From an uncultured Phycisphaerales bacterium (GTDB lineage: Bacteria > Planctomycetota > B15-G4 > CAYZWU01): a stretch of DNA of 39,017 nucleotides. The position numbers were made by a program, and so were the translations under genes. The stretch covers positions 1-39,017 of the forward strand of contig CAYZWU010000043.1 of assembly GCA_964482235.1 (NCBI GenBank). The letters are read 5' to 3'. Positions 34,947-39,017 of the stretch are shown in pieces (positions within the stretch are counted from its first letter, which is position 1; each line of letters begins with the position of its first letter). The notes under the pieces were generated by a model. That model did no database searches, was not told where the DNA came from, and was given only the letters and a program-made list of their open reading frames with translations.

Positions 34947-36773
34947 ATGAACACCTTCGAATGGACAAGGACTCTGTTCCTGATTCTGTGCAGTTGCCTG
35001 ATCACGATATCCGCATCGGGAGAGGAGATGCCGGTGCCGGCTCCTGCGGAAAAGGTGCCGGCTCCACCGGCAGCTGTCGGCCCGGCCGCCGCCTTTCCCG
35101 CTGACACCTGCTTCTACCTGGAGATCGACCGCCCCGTCGATGTGGTGGACAGGATCAGCCGGATGAGCTTCTGGCCGCAGGCCATGGCCCTCATCGATGA
35201 GATGAGCGGCTTCCTTCTGGGCGAGGGAGATCAATTCCTGCCTCCGTCCAGCTTCCTCGGCAAGTGGGGCGAAGCGTCCGAGTTCAGGAGCCGCCTGCAG
35301 ACCGTTGCCAATACAACGCTGGCCGTTGCCTGGATCCCAGTGCCCGGATCCGACAGGCTCGTTCCGGTTGTCGCTGCCAGGGGCAGCGCTTCCGGCGACC
35401 GCATCGACTCGCTGGCGTGGCTGCTTCGCTGCTTCAGCGAGGCCGGGGTCGAGAAGGCGCACTCGATTGAAAAGGGGGGCGCTTTCTCGGTTCACACATC
35501 TGATGGAACAAGGATTCTTCACGGCATGGCGATCGAGCAGTGGCTTCTTCTTGCTCCGGCCGGAGGCAGAGAGCTGATGGAAAACGCGGCGAGAGTCCTC
35601 GCCCGGGGTGGCTCCGCATCGGCGGCATCCCTTGCCGGGAACCAGGGTTTCCAAAACGTGATGGCCGCACTGCCGCCGTCTTCCTCCGCACGGGCTTATC
35701 TGGACTGCCGCCAGGCTGCAGCACGGATCGAATCCTGTTGCCTGCTGTCGGAAACGGGAAAGCGCCTGGCCCGGCTCTGCCTGGGCTGGACCGACGCCGT
35801 CGGCCTGGCGCGCGAGGTCGGCGAGGATGGAATCCACACCTGGATGACCGGACAGGTTCTCGAGGATCAGGTGAACGCGGCAATCCCCGGATTGCTGGAT
35901 TCGATGACATCGATCAGGGAGCCGCTTTCGGCTCACTTTCCGGAGAATGCGCTGCTCACGTACGAGGTGGGCCTTCCCCTGGAGGCTCTCTACGACACCG
36001 CCTGCTACTTCCTGCACGAGCTGGCGCCCTGGCTCGGCTCGAAGGTGGACGCCCTCCGGGCGAACTTCGTCGAGGCGGCTCAGCTCGACCCTGAAAGCGA
36101 TCTCTATCCGTTTCTCGGCTCCTCCGTGGCTGCAGCCTGGCTGCCCGCCGATCTCAACGAGTCGAGGTGGCCCTTTCCCAGAACCGTGGTCCTCATGCGG
36201 ATCAAGGACAGGGAGAAGGTGAAAGCCTTCATCACACAGTACCTGAAGTGGGATGCCAGCGTCTGGGCACCGGTGACCGGAGGATTGATCAGCGCCGCAA
36301 CGCGCTCCGAGTCGTTCAGAGGGGTGGAGCTCATGGGAATCGAGCTCGACAGCCTGATCCGGCTGCCGCTGCCTTCGCCCACCTTCGCCCTGATGGACGA
36401 TCTCCTGATCGCGTCAGCCGTCCCGTCGGGAGTGAAGGAGACGATCCTGGCGATTCAGGGCAAAACGCCGATGCTGTCCGCCAAGGCGATCGAGAGCGCC
36501 GGACCTCTTCCGGACGGCGCCATTGAGGTCGTTCACCTGAATCCCCGAGCGTGGGAGTCGGATTGGGAGAAGATCCGGATATTCGCTGTTCCCGCCATCT
36601 GTTCCTTGCTGCTCGACAGCGAGTTTCTTGCCGGGAGCCGGATCGAGAAAAAAGTGAAAAGTGCTATGCAGGCCCTTATCGACCTGCTCGTACAGTTCGA
36701 ACGGACCACCGGCACGACGGTGATCGATGAGAACAATCGGTTCACGTTCTACATCGCCGTGCGCGGGCGCTGA
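34947..36773 (+). CDS. Secreted hypothetical protein (608 aa), no confidently recognisable domain
   Basis: ORF 34884..36773; the ATG at 34947 follows an AAGGAGA SD with 6-nt spacing. Signal peptide MNTFEWTRTLFLILCSCLITISASG. It sits 25 nt after the SPFH gene, so is probably co-transcribed. Confidence 0.6.
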   Translation: MNTFEWTRTLFLILCSCLITISASGEEMPVPAPAEKVPAPPAAVGPAAAFPADTCFYLEIDRPVDVVDRISRMSFWPQAMALIDEMSGFLLGEGDQFLPPSSFLGKWGEASEFRSRLQTVANTTLAVAWIPVPGSDRLVPVVAARGSASGDRIDSLAWLLRCFSEAGVEKAHSIEKGGAFSVHTSDGTRILHGMAIEQWLLLAPAGGRELMENAARVLARGGSASAASLAGNQGFQNVMAALPPSSSARAYLDCRQAAARIESCCLLSETGKRLARLCLGWTDAVGLAREVGEDGIHTWMTGQVLEDQVNAAIPGLLDSMTSIREPLSAHFPENALLTYEVGLPLEALYDTACYFLHELAPWLGSKVDALRANFVEAAQLDPESDLYPFLGSSVAAAWLPADLNESRWPFPRTVVLMRIKDREKVKAFITQYLKWDASVWAPVTGGLISAATRSESFRGVELMGIELDSLIRLPLPSPTFALMDDLLIASAVPSGVKETILAIQGKTPMLSAKAIESAGPLPDGAIEVVHLNPRAWESDWEKIRIFAVPAICSLLLDSEFLAGSRIEKKVKSAMQALIDLLVQFERTTGTTVIDENNRFTFYIAVRGR

Positions 36774-36821
36774 GCGTCCGGGAGCAGCAACGCCCTCCTG
36801 CTTTTCCGATCGGCTCGGGAA

Positions 36822-37862
36822 TCAGGGGGGCGTTGCGCCAACCAGCTCGTCCAGGACGAGTTCGAGACCGGCCACGACGCGGGCCAGTTTCTCGAAGTCG
36901 ATCTTGTCCGGCGTATCGGACGCAAGATGGTAGTGGGGGTAGCGGAAGGGAGCCGTGTCCGTGACCATGACGGCCTGGTAGCCGGCCTTCCAGAATGACC
37001 AGTGATCCGACCAGGCGATCCCCGGAAGAATCCCGGGAAGTGCTGCGCCTTCCGACGGAAAGGAGGTGCGGCGCCGGAACGATGCCACCACGTCGCGGAC
37101 CAGCCTGCGCGAACCGGTGTTCCCCACGAAGGCGATGAAGTTGCCCTGTGAAGGATAGAAGAATCCCAGCGGCGGCGGGTATTTCTGGCTATCGTCGCCG
37201 TCGAGGAAGCAGCCCATCGTCTCGAGGGCGAGCATGGCAGCCACGTCCTCTCCCCGCTCCTCGCAGCGGCGCGCGTAAACCAGGCTGCCCATCTCCTTCG
37301 TCTGGAAGAAAGGCGGCTCCTCGTTGGTGAAGAAGACGAAGCGGATGGTCCTGTCCGGCTTCTTCCCGGAAAAGATTCGCGCGAGCGCCAGAGCGGCGGC
37401 GACTCCGCTGCCGTTGTCGTTGGCGCCGGGCGAGCCGGGAACCGTGTCGTAATGCGCGCCGACGACAACGATCTCCTCCTTCTTCGATGAACCGGGGATC
37501 TCCACGGCAAGGTTGTCGCAGCTCCTTCCCATGGCCTGGAACGACTGGCGCTCCACACTGCAGCCGAATCCGACCAGGGATTCCTCGATGAAGTCGGCGG
37601 CCCGTTGCAGGGCCTCCATTCGATGGGTGATGTTTCTTTCCCCGATGACGACGGCCAGCCTCTCGACGGCGGCGCGAAGCTCCTCGGCAAGCTCGGCCTC
37701 CCCTTCGGTTAGAGGCGGGAGGGGGCCGGACCAGCTTTCTTCAGGCATGCCTATCATGAGGGGCCAGCAAATCAAGAAGAGGATCACGATTACCAGAGCC
37801 AGGAACCCCAGCCGCAGGAGCGCCCGGCGATTGATTATTTCTACAGCCATCTTTCGAGCCAT
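36822..37862 (-). CDS. M28-family zinc metallopeptidase (aminopeptidase-like), membrane-anchored
   Basis: M28 metal-binding blocks present (HYDTVPGSPGANDNGSGVAAALALAR, then EE and H downstream). N-terminal hydrophobic anchor LLRLGFLALVIVILFLICWPLMIG. The start is uncertain: Met codons at 37895, 37862 and 37850 are all possible, and none has a strong SD. Confidence 0.7.
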   Translation of the reverse strand: MARKMAVEIINRRALLRLGFLALVIVILFLICWPLMIGMPEESWSGPLPPLTEGEAELAEELRAAVERLAVVIGERNITHRMEALQRAADFIEESLVGFGCSVERQSFQAMGRSCDNLAVEIPGSSKKEEIVVVGAHYDTVPGSPGANDNGSGVAAALALARIFSGKKPDRTIRFVFFTNEEPPFFQTKEMGSLVYARRCEERGEDVAAMLALETMGCFLDGDDSQKYPPPLGFFYPSQGNFIAFVGNTGSRRLVRDVVASFRRRTSFPSEGAALPGILPGIAWSDHWSFWKAGYQAVMVTDTAPFRYPHYHLASDTPDKIDFEKLARVVAGLELVLDELVGATPP

Positions 37863-38144
37863 GATAAGCCCGGAGATGGGGGCGAAGCAACCCAATCCAC
37901 GGACAGAGTGGCTCTCGAAGCGGTCGGGATTGCCGCAAAAGCTGAATATTTAAGGGGTTTTACGGATGGTTAATTAGAAATAAGCATTAGAGCATATTGA
38001 TTTGTTGGGATTGCTTCCTTATATTGGATCTCGGTGGAACCATACCGGAATCAAGGGGACTCTTGGGTATAAGAGTGTTATTTCCGTTCGGCTGGGCCAG
38101 CAAGGGCGGAATCGGTTTCTGTATGATCAATCGGGAGGAAGAAC

Positions 38145-39017
38145 ATGTTCACACGATTTGTCTGCATCCTCATTTTGCAGCTCTGTCCTTTTGTTGCCGG
38201 TGCTGCAGGCTCCGGGGATGCTACCCGTGAGGACGATGCCATGGGGGAGGCTTCCAGCAGCCTTCCTCTCTACTTCATCGAGAATCAGGGGCAGATCGAC
38301 AGTGAGGATGTTGCCTATTACGTGAAGGGTGCGGACAGGACCCTCTATTTCACCTCCCGGGGAATCACGATCGTTTTTTTTGGCGGTGAAGACGATGCAG
38401 TGGAACGCTTCACGGTCAGGCTCGATTTCGAGGGCGCTCTTGCCGATGTCGCGCCTCGCGGGGCGGACCGGGCCGAGGCCGTCTTCAGCTACTTCAAGGG
38501 CAGGCCCGACGAGTGGAGAACCGGACTGCCTGCCTTTGCCAGGCTGGTCTACACGAATCTCTGGCCCGGCATCGACCTGGTCTTCTCCGGATCGGGAAGC
38601 AGGCTCAAGTACGAGTTCATCGTGCAGCCCGGCGCCGATCCGGCCTTGGTCCGGCTGAGCTATGCAGGGATCGACGATCTCTTCGTCAGCGAAACGGGCG
38701 AGCTCGTCGTGACGACGGCGGTCAACACTTTCGAGGACGGAAAGCCCTTCGCCTACCAGACGGTCGACGGCGGGATGAGGGAAGTGTCGATGGAATATGC
38801 CCTCGGAGATCGGTGCGGCAGCGGCGGCTGCTCGTACGGTTTCCGCCTGGGTGACTTTGATCCCGCTCTTCCCCTTCACCTCGATCCGGCATTCAGCGTT
38901 TACTGCGGCTACATCGGCGGCAGCGGCGATGATGCCGGCTGGAGCATCGCCGTGGACGGTGAGGGCAGCACCTATGTTGCAGGCACCACGGGATCCGACG
39001 AGACGACCTTTCCCGTC
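38145..39017 (+). CDS. Secreted SBBP (beta-propeller) repeat protein with DUF7948-like N-terminal domain, 5' partial (runs off the window end)
   Basis: An open frame runs from the ATG at 38145 to the window end (291 codons, no stop). GGGAGGAAG SD 5 nt upstream. Signal MFTRFVCILILQLCPFVAGAAG. SBBP repeat near the end (YCGYIGGSGDDAGWSIAVDGEGSTYVAGTTGS). It is absent from the ORF table only because it lacks a stop. Confidence 0.65.
   Translation, partial: MFTRFVCILILQLCPFVAGAAGSGDATREDDAMGEASSSLPLYFIENQGQIDSEDVAYYVKGADRTLYFTSRGITIVFFGGEDDAVERFTVRLDFEGALADVAPRGADRAEAVFSYFKGRPDEWRTGLPAFARLVYTNLWPGIDLVFSGSGSRLKYEFIVQPGADPALVRLSYAGIDDLFVSETGELVVTTAVNTFEDGKPFAYQTVDGGMREVSMEYALGDRCGSGGCSYGFRLGDFDPALPLHLDPAFSVYCGYIGGSGDDAGWSIAVDGEGSTYVAGTTGSDETTFPV

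Overview
Most of this window is a high-GC chromosomal region, roughly 65% GC by eye, with strong GGAGG-type ribosome-binding sites. Its gene content resembles a polysaccharide-degrading bacterium, possibly of the Planctomycetes-Verrucomicrobia-Chlamydiae group: a sulfatase, a glycoside hydrolase, a Gfo/Idh/MocA oxidoreductase paired with a PmoA-like DUF6807 protein, and TAT and lipoprotein signal peptides. The exception is the first ~2.4 kb, which is clearly AT-rich and carries one gene fusing a caspase-like (peptidase C14, His/Cys dyad) domain to an alpha/beta-hydrolase.

I call about 30 coding regions. On the minus strand, a tight operon of four exported enzymes (PmoA-like DUF6807, a large glycoside hydrolase, an aldo/keto reductase and a Gfo/Idh/MocA oxidoreductase) spans 2404..8716. 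On the plus strand, three very large secreted proteins follow (transglutaminase-like lipoprotein, a CBM/Trx/TPR/squalene-cyclase-repeat protein, a PQQ-propeller/PKD lipoprotein). A 9.5 kb plus-strand locus then encodes a CUT2-type sugar ABC transporter, three paralogous uroporphyrinogen-decarboxylase-like (URO-D-like) proteins, two L-rhamnose-mutarotase-like proteins (one with a lipoprotein signal) and an acyltransferase-3 membrane protein carrying an inserted ankyrin-repeat domain. The rest comprises a secreted parallel beta-helix protein, a LamG plus alpha/alpha-toroid protein, a TAT-exported arylsulfatase, a GNAT acetyltransferase, a YtrA-type GntR regulator with an upstream operator palindrome, an SPFH/band-7 protein, a 608-aa secreted hypothetical, an M28 peptidase and a partial SBBP-repeat protein.

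The most unusual non-coding signal is a family of about 72-74 bp hairpin repeats. They share a conserved 22-nt loop (GTCCTCGCCGAGCCTGCGGAAT) but have divergent stems that remain perfectly self-complementary within each copy (25-26 bp). Four copies exactly bracket the URO-D/RhaM sugar locus. There is also a 67-bp structured tandem repeat (2.2 copies) that overlaps the sulfatase stop codon. I found no rRNA, tRNA, CRISPR array or recognisable transposase.
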